Positions 1 to 12,652 of a stretch of 64,000 bases of DNA are shown one piece after another. Position 1 is the first letter of the stretch; each line of letters begins with the position of its first letter. Position numbers and translations under genes: made by a program. Source of the stretch: Octopus vulgaris (Eukaryota); contig OX597816.1 in assembly GCA_951406725.2 (NCBI GenBank), positions 60,822,001-60,886,000 on the forward strand. The letters are read 5' to 3'. The notes below the pieces were generated by a model. That model saw only the letters and a list, made by a program, of their open reading frames with translations. It did no database searches and had not been told where the DNA came from.

Positions 1-52
1 AGATCCTAATATATATATGTTCACGTGTATCACGTAAGTATATATCCGCATT

Positions 53-842
53 GGATCTTTTCCTTTTGAACGGCACATGTCAACACAATTTCTAGTTAAC
101 TAAACACTTTTAAACTTCGTATACTGATAGAATGTGTTTATAAAACATCATTTTTTCTTGGCTTTATTGAGAAAATTCTATATGTTGTAACATATTTCCA
201 CTTTAATTTCAATAATTTTGGCAATTTTAACCAATCGCTGACCTCCATTGACGTAAACAACATTCCGTGCTGTATGAATATGTCCTTCGTTTAAGAAACA
301 GATTGGGTTTATTTACATTTGCGAAGAAAAAAAGATACCCTTCCCCCACCACTAACCCTAAATCTAAAATAGATTGAAATGCAATAGATCGATACTAGGG
401 TTATAATTATGGGTGACGATTTCATACGATACCGCTACGGAAAATGGGATTTTTTTCTAGCGGTGTCAAATGAAAATGTCACCCATAATTATAACCCTAG
501 TATCGATCTATTGCATTTCAATCTATTTTAGATTTAGGGTTAGTGGTGGGGGAAGGGTATCTTTTTTTCTTCGCAAATGTAAATAAACCCAATCTGTTTC
601 TTAAACGAAGGACATATTCATACAGCACGGAATGTTGTTTACGTCAATGGAGGTCAGCGATTGGTTAAAATTGCCGAAATGCTTGAAATTAAAGTGGAAA
701 TATGTTACAACATATCGAATTTTCTCAATAAAGCCAAGAAAAAATGATGTTTTATAAACACATTCTACCAGTATACGAAGTTTAAAAGTGTTTAGTTAAC
801 TAGAAATTGTGTTGACATGTGCCGTTCAAAAGGAAAAGATCC
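53..842. mobile_element. Non-autonomous foldback/MITE DNA transposon (790 bp, almost fully palindromic), Merlin- or hAT-type
   Basis: Starts GGATCTTTTCCTTTTGAACGGC and ends GCCGTTCAAAAGGAAAAGATCC. The two ~385-bp arms are near-perfect reverse complements. An 8-bp TSD TCCGCATT lies at 45-52 and 843-850. Confidence 0.9.
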
Positions 843-959
843 TCCGCATTTCACATGTATACATTCATCGAAGTGGAATTTACCGGTTAACTACTTTAAG
901 ATTCTGTTGTATCTGGGGAGAGTCATTTTCTTTTTGTGCCTTATAATTTAATACACTCA

Positions 960-2499
960 CCGGTGTTGAGCCGTTACCAGTCTCTGCTCTTCTCTCTTTG
1001 TGGTAGCCCATGTTTCACTACCATATAACATTGCAGATAGAACTGTACTGTTGATGAGGTTGGCGCGGGTGGTCCTGTCCAACCTTCCTTTGAGCACATC
1101 CCTTATGCCATTAAACGTCTTCCATCCGGCCCTTACTCTCCGTGAGATTTCCTTTTCGATATCTCGGCACATATTCACTTCCTGTCCCAGGTAGACATAT
1201 TCCTTTACCTCCTCTATTTCATCACTGCCGACCACCAATCGACCTGTTGGTACGTTGCCTGACCGCATGAACTTCGTTTTCATGCGGTTCATCTTGAGAC
1301 CTACTGCAGAACTTTTGATGTCAAGCTCCGTCAGCATGGTCTGAAGCTGATCCGTGGTTTCAGCGATGAGTACGATGTCGTCAGCGAAACGGAGGTGGGT
1401 GAGGAGCTCGCCATTGATGTTGACACTGCCTTGCCAGTCAATGCCTCTGATGATCTGTTCGAGACATGCGGTGAAAAGTTTTGGGGAGATCGTATCTCCT
1501 TGCTTCACTCCCTTCTCGACAGGCACTCATACGGGTGATGACAGTAGAGCTATGTCGGTGGTACATCTGGAATTTGCCTCCCTGAGCAGTTGCACATATT
1601 GCGCCTCGACTCCTTGCCTTTCCAGCGAGTTCAGCACTGCGTTGGTTTCCACGCTATCGAAGGCCTTCTCATAGTCTACAATCACAACGCAAAGAGGCAG
1701 CTTGTACTCATTCGCTGGCTCAAGCAGTTGTGTTAGAGTAAATATATGGTCCATCGTGCTGTAGTTCTTCCGGAAGCCGGCTTGTTCCGTCGGTTGTTGT
1801 TCGTCGAGATGACGTGATAACCTGTTCAGAATTATCTTCATGAACAGCTTGTACACGTGAGACAACAGGCATATGGATCGGTAGTTCTTTAGATCTTCTC
1901 TATTGCTCTTCTTATATAGCAGGATGGTATCTGACTCTTTCCACTGCGAGGGAATTCTTCCCTCGTCTAGATAGTGCGTAAATCGCTCAGCGAGGATTAG
2001 CACCTCCGATGTTATACCGTCTTTCCGTTTTCTATCAAGCCGATGGCTCTTTCAACCTCACTGACAAGGATAGGTGGCACATTTTCTTTCCGTTGGAGTG
2101 GTGGTAACGGCTGGACATTTCTGGTAGACTTAAAGAGCTTGGTGTAGAAGTCTTCGCAAACTTTTTCCATCTCGCTCTTATCGTTGACCGGTATTCCATC
2201 TGTATTCTTCAGGGCCGTCACCTCCGATCTATATAGTACCATGTCCCTCTTGCATTTCTTGAGGCTCTTCTTTTCCTCTGCAGCCTTCAAGAGCTTCTCC
2301 ATCCGGTATGCCTCAAAGTCATTCTTTAGTTGCTGACGAATCACTCTGCTGAGAAGGGAATATTCAAAGTGATCTTCAATAGTCCTCATCATATTTTTCC
2401 TCTTCTCGAGTAATTTCGTAGTTTCTTCCGAGATTCTTCCCTTCTTTTCTCTTAGACATACTCCCTTAGCCTTCCTTAAACACTCCTTCAGTTTCCCCC
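960..2499 (-). mobile_element. RTE-clade LINE, linker plus reverse transcriptase (disrupted, 3' end missing)
   Basis: ORFs 2012-2509, 1527-2003 and 957-1526 give NYRSICLLSHVYKLF, EQAGFR, DYEKAFDSV, GVKQGDTISPKLF, LRFADD, YVYLG and LYGSETW. Confidence 0.95.
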
Positions 2500-2975
2500 A
2501 GAAATCCACTTACACTGTCGTGATGGGAGACTTCAACGCAAGGGTTGGACATGGACGACAAGGAGAGGAGTACGTCGGGAGATTCGGCATGGGAGAGAGA
2601 AACGAGAGAGGAGAACGTTTGGCTACCATGGCAGAGGTGAGGTGGCTCTACATCGGAAACAGCCTATTCAGGAAGAGGGAGAGGAAGAGATGGACCTGGA
2701 TATCGCCGAACTCTAAGTACCGAAGCGAGTTCGACTACCACCTGGTTGATAAGCGACGTATATTACATGACGTCTCCGTCGTAACGCCATTCAACACCGG
2801 CGGTGATCATCGTCTGGTGAGGGCGAGGGTCGTCATCGACGGGAAGAGGGAGAGGATGGCGCTGTGTTTGGCGTCGAAGGGAAAACGTGTCCGAGTCTAC
2901 AACGAGGCAAAGCTGCAGGAAGCCACCATGCAGGAAAACTGGTGCCAAGTAGACGATGACTACAACTCACTGATA
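2500..2975 (+). mobile_element. Inverted 5' segment of the same RTE LINE (C-terminal half of the AP endonuclease)
   Basis: The ORF reads VMGDFNARVG, NERGERL, RWTWISPN, FDYHLV and GDHRLV. It ends at DDDYNSLI, which runs logically into GKLKECL of the minus-strand part. Confidence 0.92.
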
Positions 2976-3391
2976 TATATATATATATATATATCCACTA
3001 AACATTTTGTTCATCGCGGTATCGCTTGTTTCCCATTCATCGCTCCACACCTGTCGTTTGTTCGCTTATAAACATACCTGTCCACTTAACGACTAACCTA
3101 CTTCATTGTTAGACAAAAGAAAAAATTAATATTAAATAAAATAATAAAATTGTCTGTAGCAACACTTATACCAGCATATAAAATGCATCTTTTTAAATGG
3201 CCGTGTGTCTAAGACAAAAGTTTTTAAAAATTCAGAAAATAAAATAACCTACCGAGTACATTATAGACTCCTTCCATACTTTCGTTTTTTTTTTTTTCAA
3301 GGCATAGAAACAGATCAAAATAGATTTATAAGGGAGATAAGTTCAATTACTAAAAGTGATTCTTTTTTTTTACTTTACTTTTATTTTTAGA

Positions 3392-3770
3392 CTAGCAGTA
3401 TAGCCCGGCTTGCTCGGGTTTGTTTCGACTCTTTAGAATTGGAATTTTTGAAAAGTAAAAATTTTGCATTATGTAGCTTGTTATTCTCTTTACGTGAACA
3501 TTTTTCTGGTTGAAATACACCGAAAAATGGCGATACAGCAGTCAAAAAATCGTAAAAAACGGATTTTCATAGAAAAAAAGCACCTTTTTGATGTAAATAA
3601 TTTTTGGTGTTAACATTGTCCGATTTGAATTTTTTCTTCTACGGAAGGAAGAGCAAGCCTTCTATCACACTCTCAATTTTGGTCAACTTGCGCCGCAGGG
3701 TCTCGGAGGAGATAGTGTTAGTTGAAGGCTACCAAATACACAGACAACTTCAGCTTTATATATAGAGAGA
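3392..3770 (-). mobile_element. Non-autonomous Helitron
   Basis: The minus strand begins A|TCTCTCTATAT and ends with the hairpin CCCGAGCAAGCCGGG, then CTAG|T. The same 3' end occurs on the Helitron at 53876. Confidence 0.8.
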
Positions 3771-4168
3771 TTGTAGCCTTGCTGAGACATCACTTCAAAG
3801 ATTTAGTCGAACATATCGATCCCAGTAACTTAATTTTACATCTGGTTCTTAATCTATCGGCCTCTTTTCTTTAATTAAGTTAAAGAAAGGTAAACACGCA
3901 GCGGTGGAAAATAATCACAATACACAGGCACATACACCTACTCACTTATAAATTCAGTGAAAATAGGAAAGTTCACTGCAAGCATTTTTGCCGCAGGAAA
4001 ATTCGCTTCAGAATTTTTGGCCGTAAGAAAGTTCGCCGCATAACAAAACAAAAGATGAGTTGCTCCCGTTGATATATAATAGTTTCAACCAATGAGAAGG
4101 TGTAGAGCAACTGGATCTAGTTAATTTCATTCGCAAAATCAGCCCCCTTTAATTTTGCGGTCAAACTA

Positions 4169-4960
4169 AAGGGTTTGATTCGAGCAAAAAAGGAAAAGGT
4201 GTAAAATAGCTTGCTCTAAACGAATACGAAGAAAAAAATGCGCGCTCGCGAACGGGGATGGGTGGGGAAGAGGACTCGGAAAATTCACATTGTGAATGTT
4301 CCGAGTCGTCTCACCACAGCCAAAAATAAAAACAAAAATAGTGTAATTGGTGTAAAACAATTTGGGCACACACCCCAAAAAACCCACCCTTTTCTTAATT
4401 TTTTTTTTCCGACACAAACCCCACTTTTCGGCAACGGGGAATACGAATCTGCAAAAAATTGCGGGAAAACACGGAGATTATGATTCTGAAAAAATTTTCC
4501 AAAAATTTTTTTTAAAGTTTTTTTCGTTTCTTAATATGTGAGAAAATATGAACATTATGATTCGGACAAAAATTTCAAAACATTTCTGTAGTTACGGTTA
4601 GGGTTAGGGTTATGGAAAAAAGTGTTGGGGAAAAAGTCAAAATTGAAGAATTGAGCAGGGTGGGAATTAAAAATGTCGATTTTTGGCAGTTTTCCGGAAC
4701 CTCCGTAAAAACGGAGGTTTTGGGCGGGAAAAAATTTAAAAAATAAACAAATGTGGGAGAAAATGGGAGGGGGGAACGAGCGGAAGTCATTCCACAACTT
4801 GCTCTAAACGAATATGAAACAAAAATGCGCACTCGTGAACGGGGCGGGGAGAGGACTCGGAAAATTTATATCAAAAATTCATGACCTTTAAACTCTAGTG
4901 TTTGACCTGAGCAGAAAAAGTTTTTTTAAATTGTGTAATAGGTGTATAACAACATGCCCT
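4169..4960 (+). repeat. Modular repeat with duplicated unit (CTTGCTCTAAACGAATA..GCGCGCTCGCGAACGGGG..GGACTCGGAAAATT) and a short (TTAGGG)n tract
   Basis: The unit occurs at about 4210 and 4798. Reverse-complement copies lie at 8574-8880. GGTTAGGGTTAGGGTTA is at about 4596-4612. Confidence 0.65.
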
Positions 4961-5969
4961 TTAAACTCCAGTGTTTGCCCAAGGTGCCATGCAATGGGAC
5001 TGTACCCAGAACCGTATAGTTGGGAAGAATATACATTTTCTTTCAGGAAAAAATCAGATCGGGTGAATTGTCCTGTTCCTCTCCTCACCCCTGTTTGCCA
5101 ATAAGTGCTTTCAACCATAGCCTCGGGCCGACCAACGCGTCCTAGAGGCTGAAGGTGGCATTTCAAACTAAACCTTATCTAGTCTATAAAGGAAGATGAA
5201 AACAAAAATTTGCACACAAAATTATTACAATTTTTCTTCTACAATACTTCTTCGAAGAGTATATGTTTGTAAGCCATTCAAGAACATGCACACACACACA
5301 TACCAGAGTAAACACATAAATGCAAAACAAGGTGGAAAAAATAGTATTCGAATACAAGAGGTAGAATAATATGCTTTATTAAAAAGCATCAAAAATATCA
5401 CAAAACTTGTTACTTAGAGTTTCACGTTCTCGTCAGTCGCATAGTTTTGTGAAGAGGGTTGCTAGAAACCCAGCAGGATTAAAAACAAGACCTGTTGAAA
5501 GGTCGGATGAACCTAGTGCAGGCTGAACGGCTATCTAGCAATAGCCCGGGTACGCAGAAATTCCGGGTGTCCAGCGTGTTGAAAAACCACTGGGAGTGTG
5601 ATACCCCTCAGCTTCTGTTGAAGCATGTCACTAGAAGGTCACTCTCAAATAAAAGCAGATATGCAGGGAATGGTATTGAACATTTTGGGGATCATTGGTT
5701 TGTGCTAGAGATCATGGCGCTCCCACCTCCCTGAGCCTGCGACTCATATTGGCACCAGACATCTTGCTCCGGCTTGTCTCTGGATAATGTCACTAGAGGT
5801 AAGAGGGTCTATGAGGTGTCATGCAAGCCTTATTGAACTTAAAACTGCACAGGCATTGCTGACCTCTGCTCGATATGTGATTTTTGGGTTTTTTGTTCTT
5901 CCCTATATATATTAATTTTATTTTTAATATATATATTTATATATTTTTAGTACATTTCTGTGTATTCGG

Positions 5970-7605
5970 AAGTCCTGCAGCGATGTGAATGTAGTGAACC
6001 ATGCAGACCTGACGGGTTGGAAGCATGTAGTCAGCGACCTGCACGTAGGCGGCCCATGCTAGATATAAAGTCATCTCCTTGTCGCCCAAGACAGCGGTAG
6101 GATTTGGTTGCTGCATGGGTGTCTGAGCAGTTCCATTTGGATAGGGCATTGCTCACCCAGAGGCTGGGGAGGTTCTAGAGAAGGCGAACAAAAAATTGCC
6201 TGTCTTTTCATATCTGGTCAGGTTAGTGCAACTGACGGATGTCCACCCTGCACTTGAAAAACAAAGAGACTTTTATTTACAAAATTTGGATGGAACTTGA
6301 AGATTTCATGTAGGAATGTGCACACTCTGTTGGATAACAAGACTGATTGTAGCCCTGAAAGACGCACTGCACTTGTTGCTCGCGAGTTGAACCGTTATAA
6401 CATTGATATAGCTGTACATATAGAAAGTGATGGTCAGCTTGAGGAAGTAGGATGTGGATACACATTTTCTGGGAAATGGAGGCAGAAGGTGGAGTGCAGA
6501 AAAGATGGTGTTGGCCTTGCAGTTTGATTTCATCCTTAAGAAGTTGGAGGAGCTTCCTGTTCCTATAAATAAACGTCTAATGATACCACGATTTCACCTG
6601 AAAGGTGGGCGGTTTGCTACTCTACTGAGTGCCTATATAGCTGTGATAAAAATACAAGTATTTTTTATACCCAGCTGAGAGCCATACTTCTGAAAGTCCC
6701 TAATTCTGATCAGGTCGTTCTACTGAGGGATTTCAATACCATGGTTGGAACTGACTGGCAAACATGGAACTCTCTAGGACGTTTTGGAGTATGAAAATGA
6801 GTAGTAATGGTCTCATACTGCTGGAGCTCTGCGATGAACATGAACTTTACATCGCAAGCATTCATTTTATGCACAAAGGTGATCACACAACAACGTGGAT
6901 GCTTCCAAGATCTAAAGTTTGGCACTTGCTGGATTATGTCATTATCCCCAAGCGTGACATTTATGACATTTGTAATATCAAGTCTTTTCATAGATCGAAA
7001 TACTGGACTGACCATAGTCTGGTGAGAGCAAACTTCCAGATGGTGATTAGAGTAAAAGAGAAGAGAGGCCAGTCAGCATTTCTCGGCGTCTGAATGTCCA
7101 CGAGATATATGATGCTGTGTTGAGGTAAGAGCTTCTGACTTGCATACTGCAGTATGGGAAAACTTTGTTGTGCAGCGAAATCTAGCACTTGCCCAATATA
7201 GCAATGTAAAATCACTACTGCAGCGATCTCTCAGGAAGATACAGAACACTTGGTGGAAGGATCTTGCTCGTGATGTTCAGGCTGCTGCTGATGCAAATGA
7301 CAGCAAGAAGCTTTACCATCTTATGAAGCAAGTTTATGGGCCTAAGAGCCCCACATCAGCTATTTTGCTTTTCAAGGAGTTTTCCACTCTATTTACTAAA
7401 TCAACAGAAATCGCAGGTTGCTGGATCGAACACGTCTCTGAACTCCTAAACCCATGAGTTAGTTGTGGATGAAACAGTGATGGATATTATGCTACAAAGA
7501 CCTATCATTGGCTCCTTAAATTCCATGCCCTCAATAGATGAGGTAATGAGGTCAATAAGTAAATTGAATCTTGGTAGGATACCTGGAAATGATGGAATTT
7601 GTACT
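5970..7605 (+). mobile_element. Degraded RTE-BovB-like LINE 5' part (UTR, endonuclease, linker)
   Basis: Fragments NVHTLLD, PERRTALVARELNRYNIDIA, DFN, TTWMLPRSKVWHLLDYVI, TDHSLV, WWKDLA..QAAAD and PGNDGI, broken by stops and frameshifts. Confidence 0.9.
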
Positions 7606-8126
7606 GTATATGTATATATTATAGATTGTTTGGTATGTGTATATATTGCTAAATATATATGTAATCTAGCGTGAAAATATTTTAAACGGATATATCTTTT
7701 ATTACCAGCATAATACCCCTTCAAAGGTTCAATAGAATTTATTAGTATTTTCACAGCAAATTATTTACCCTGGGTATTCAGGGTTTTTTCCTTCTTTATA
7801 AGCTGTTTTTGATTTAAGGTTTTTCGTCGATTATTATATGATTTTAAACCGCAATTTCTTATTTCACTCAACCGGTTATTGAAAAAACCGTTAGTTGAAA
7901 GGACCAATGAAACAAAACCATTTTCAAATGTGTATCTATCAAAGTAATTGTATTTTTGCATATAACTTTATCTTGTGCCATTCTAACCCAAACTGTCCGA
8001 CAAACGGGAATGTGGAACTGTAATAGTTTTTGTGACAAGCCTGTGGATTTGCTTCCAACACTTTTTTTTTCATTTCAGTTGTCGATAAACAAGTGTTGTG
8101 TTATACACTTGGTCTTCAACAACAGG

Positions 8127-8572
8127 ATGTCACTTTGCAATTTATGTGAATTGACTTCGTATGATGGAGTTCGCCAACTTGATAATGACAGTGTGGCACT
8201 AGATTTTTTTCGTAGACATAGGGTTATTCCCAGTAGTGTAAATTGTCCTACATGTAATTCAACTTGCACCTTCCGTGAAAGCATAAGCATCTTTCGATGT
8301 CGAAAGATTGTTCGCCAGTGTAGACAACGGCCTACGGAATGTGGATATTCTGTATCCCTCTACCATAACACTTTTTAGAACGCAGCCAATTACCACCGTG
8401 GAAGGTTCTTTTGTATGTGAACCACTTCCTTACAGAAAGTTGGTCGCATAGATCAATTATGGAAAATTTGAAGATTTCATATCCTACCTCGGTTGATTGG
8501 AGATATTTCTGTTAGGAAGTTTGTCAGCATTGGGTGGAGAATCACAAAGATCAGATCGGTGGGCCAGGAGTC
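8127..8572 (+). pseudogene. Merlin (IS1595/ISXO2-like) transposase N-terminal relic
   Basis: Zn-ribbon CPTC..FRC..C, then after a frameshift ..TSVDWRYFC*EVC..QIGGPGV. It is truncated just before the expected VEIDES catalytic motif. Confidence 0.75.
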
Positions 8573-8573
8573 A

Positions 8574-8880
8574 AGCGCACTTTTTTTCCAATTTGTTTAC
8601 ATCAAGTCATTGTACACCTATTACACTATTTTTTAAATTTTTTATCTGCTCAGGTCAAACACAAGAGTTTAAAGTTCATGATCTGACGATGTGAATTTTC
8701 CGAAAAACCCTCCCCCACCACCCCGTTCGCGAGCGCGCATTTTTTTTCATATTCGTTTACTACATGTTGTTGTACACCTATTACACTATTTTCAATTTTT
8801 TGTTTCTGCTCGGATCAAACACTAGAGTTTAAGGGTCATGGTCTGACGATGTGAATTTTCCAAGTCCTTCCCTCCCCCCA
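8574..8880 (-). repeat. Two tandem ~160-bp units, reverse complement of the 4798-4960 unit
   Basis: TGTACACCTATTACACTATTTT..CTGCTC..TCAAACAC..GAGTTTAA..TCATG.TCTGACGATGTGAATTTTCC occurs twice. Confidence 0.75.
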
Positions 8881-9939
8881 TTATTTTTATAATTTAACCT
8901 AAAAAGCTTATTTTAATGTACCGATCTACGTGGTAAAATTATTAATTATTTAATTTTACCCTTTTATAATTAATATTGAAATTATAATTTACTCCCTGAT
9001 CGAAAACTGCAGTTTCTGCAGAATTGCTCGTAAGATACACGTGGGTATTAAGGATAAATATGTGTTCACATTCGGCTGTAAATTTTTGGAAGTGTTGGTT
9101 GGATATTAGTTATGCTCGATCGCGTACATATTTAATCCTAGCACTCTCAAATTTATATTTGAAATGCTGCACTGAAGAGTTAAAATAAGTAAGTAAATAT
9201 AACTTTACTTTAATCCCAAACGCGTATGTAGCTAATCTGAGTCGAGTGGATCCGTCATTTTTTTCTTTTTGTCTACCTAAAAAAGTTTGTTACTGCCTGG
9301 GAGATCTTTATGGTAGCAGAAAGGAATTTTAACTCCTATTTCTAAATTTGGTGCGTGGTGAAGCAATTAGCTGACCCCTAATTATAATTATGTTTATAAT
9401 TATAGAATATTTGTATAATTTTACCTAAAAAGGTTATTTTAACGATCTACTTGGTAAAATTATTAGTTATTAATTAGTTAGTTAATTTTATCCTTTTATT
9501 ATTAATATTGAAATTATGAATATATATGTATTTTTTCAATGTGTACAAATAACAAGGAAAAAATAAATTAATAGTTACCAGAGTAGCAAAAATTCACATA
9601 CGTGCCAAGGATATTACAGCCTACTTATAAAGGTAGAAATTCCAAGGACAAGTGAAATGTTTTTGAATAACAAATTAAGAAAAGGAGTTAAACGCTTGTT
9701 ATTCAAACCATTCTAATGGTTTGAATAACACCTGCATTTCACTCCATTTCTTAATCTATCTAAATATATATATATATATATATACATACATACATATTAT
9801 ATAAAAGGCATTACTATATATAAATGCCACACGCTAGGAGGGGCTCTTAAAGTCAAAACTACCAAAATAAATAAACACATCGTACCGACTGCAACTCTCG
9901 AAGCAATCCATTTAAAAACAGAATTTATCTGCATATCAC

Positions 9940-10315
9940 CGTGATTTCATAATTAGTGCAGTAATGCACTTTTTAATCCTCAGTGCAGGCATAATTCAAG
10001 ATAGCGTCTGCTACCCAGGCCACATCAATCTCTGGCAGAATTCCTTCTATGCTGATTCTTGTTGCTCGTCGTCCTCTGTAAGTTGGTGGAAGCACCACTT
10101 CTTCACTCTTGATAGATGTCGCTGTTTGTTTCTTTGCTCTTGCTGCATCCTTGAGCCTCACCTCCACTACTCCGAACATCGAACCTCTTGCAAGGTACAC
10201 AATATCTCTCCGTACTGGTCTCAGAGCTTTTTCCACCTGGTCTGTCGTCACAATGTCAATTTTTCCTTTACTTGAAAAATAGGTTCAGTATATTAATGTT
10301 CTTTCCTTAATGCCA
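9940..10315 (-). mobile_element. Probable non-LTR (L1/Tx1-like) ORF1 fragment
   Basis: ORF 9973-10251 looks RRM-like (VVEVRLKD..PTYRGRRATRISIEGI) and has no splice context. The family is a guess. Confidence 0.4.
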
Positions 10316-10319
10316 AGCC

Positions 10320-10665
10320 TTTCCTCAAGCTAGGCCGAAAAGCTGCTGATACAGCTCACAATATCAACAATGCGTTTGGTCCAGGAACCACTAATGAACA
10401 TACAGCACAAAGGTGGTTCAAGAAATTTCGTAGCGGTGACGAGTCTTAGAGATGATAAACGTAGTGGTTGGCCATCGCATGTTGACAACTATCAACTAAG
10501 AGCCTTAGTCGAAGCCAATCCATGCACAACTGTTCAAGAGCTTGCTTCTGATTTAGGTGTAATGTATACGACAATTTCCAACCACTTGAAAGAGATTGGA
10601 GAAGCAAAAATACTTGAGAAATGGGTGCCGCATGAACTGAACAACCAAAAAAAAATGCCTTCCCT
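10320..10665 (+). mobile_element. Mariner transposase N-terminal (HTH) fragment
   Basis: KLGRKAADTAHNINNAFG..AQRWFKKFRSG, then RSGWPS..NPCTTVQELA..KWVPHEL. WVPHEL is a mariner signature. Confidence 0.9.
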
Positions 10666-12485
10666 TCTTTTACAAAACACGCTCAAGGTGCCATGCAGTG
10701 GGACTGAACCCGGAACGATGTGGTTGGTAAACAGGCTACTTACCACACAGTCTCTCCTGTGCTTATATGTGTGTATATGTACATGTGTGCGCATACATTT
10801 ATATATAGGGAACTACAAGTTCGCACACAATGGGCTCTTACACAGTTTTACTCTACAAGGCCCAAAGCTGGAACCATGTAGATGTCAAGTGGGGTTTTGA
10901 TGAAGAATAAACAGAGCTTTACTGAATTTATAGATTACTGCTAGACAAAGTGTATAACAGAAGATTAAATTTTAAAGAGAACGTTGTATACTGAATGTAC
11001 TTATCTTGGAATAATGAAGAACGTGTAAATTGATAGTTGCAGCATTGTGCAAACATTATATACTTGTTACATCAAAGAATGATGGAAATTCACAAAGTTA
11101 TCATTTGAATATTAAATGAAGGTATAGAATATAATCAAGTCAAGAAAATCTACAAAAGATTTCAATTAATCAAATACCATTTTAAAATATTATACAGGCA
11201 CATACATTTTTGACCCTAAATTGAATAACAAATCACTAACTGAGAGACACTCATTATAAGTAAGAAAGTGAAAAATGCTAAAATTAAAAAAATTTTTAAA
11301 CATGGGGAAAGAGAAGAGTTGTATTTTATTGAAAGTGAAGAGAAAGGCTGAAATGCTGTTTTATTTTATTTTTTTTTTGCTATTCTACAAATATAATATA
11401 TTTATTTAACTTCAGATCGAATGCATGAATGAAAAAGATGAAATCCCTAAACCATAAGATATTACCAATACTGGGACATTTCTTGGACAGTGAAATATTT
11501 TCCAATAATAGTAAATGAAAAAAAATTAAGTACTTCTTTCAACAGATAACTTAGCCTTTAGAAAGAAAACAAAGTTCAGCTGCAGGTTTAGAAGATGATA
11601 AGAAACAGCAGTTAGCACTGAAATGAAATTGATGCAAGTTTCTGCAAATCAGAACTTGCTTATTTCATGGAGCACACACACACACAGAACTAGAAAGATA
11701 GTACTAGCAATATTTAAAAGAGAAGCAAGGTTCATAAAAGGACAAAACTTTGATTTGTAATTAGACTAGAACAAGTTGTATATGGTTACTGAATTTTAAA
11801 AATGTCATTATAGATAAAGTATAAGGTACAAACACGGAAGAATGAATGGGGAAAATAAATAGCTGAAATTGATAAAGAAAGAGACTGAATGGCCTATAAT
11901 GGTTATAAAATTACTAATACACATAATTTAATTGAAAATATATATAAGTTGGTAAAACATGTTTAATGTAATTGATATTGAAAATATTTGTTATAAATAA
12001 GGAGGCCTCGATTTATTGATTAAAGTCATTGATAAGCTACAATGATGGAATGATATCGTGGTTTGAAAGATGAGAAATATTGTAAATATTAAAAAGACAA
12101 TATATTATTGGAAATATAAAAAAGCAAACAAATTGAAGACTAAATAAAATAAAGAGAAATATTTTAAAACGTAGATGATAAACAAAAAGAGAAAAATTAC
12201 TGGAAATAGAATATAATAGAAGGAGGAAAGAGAGAATAGGGTGAGGTACTGGATGGATGTGCATGGTATGTATGTGTATATACTGTAAATAAGGAAATGT
12301 CAGTCCAAAATTAATGCAAAATTTATTTATTATATACATGTAAGATAATAGATTTGAAGACAGAACTATAATACCAAGTTACTGTTATTTAGTTACAGGC
12401 TTGCTTTCATTCTGTTGAGTAATTTAATCATTGCTACCAGTATCAACCACATCAATCTTCTATACAAGTGTCCCACGCTGCAGCA

Positions 12486-12652
12486 TCAGTCAGTCTTTTT
12501 GTATGACACACAAGTGTCCACCTTGTGTATTTTTGTAGTAAAAGAACGCATACGAACTTGGCTTGAATTGGCAATGAACTGTGGGCCAGTTTCACCCCAG
12601 CTTTCTGGAGTTTCCAAATCTTTATGAGTGTAGACCAATACATCAAAGTTAC
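12486..12652 (-). CDS. MAD2L1: MAD2 exon 5 (last coding exon, 167 nt)
   Basis: Acceptor TTTTCAG. Encodes (C)NFDVLVYTHKDLETPESWGETGPQFIANSSQVRMRSFTTKIHKVDTCVSYKKTD-TGA, the HORMA safety-belt region. Confidence 0.96.

Noticed and set aside
4593-4612. Telomeric TTAGGG repeats
   Set aside because: Only about three units, inside a dispersed repeat. Not a telomere or fusion site.
6090-6200. HDV-like ribozyme in the RTE 5'UTR (GGCGAA motif)
   Set aside because: I could not build consistent P1/P2/P3 pairings by eye.
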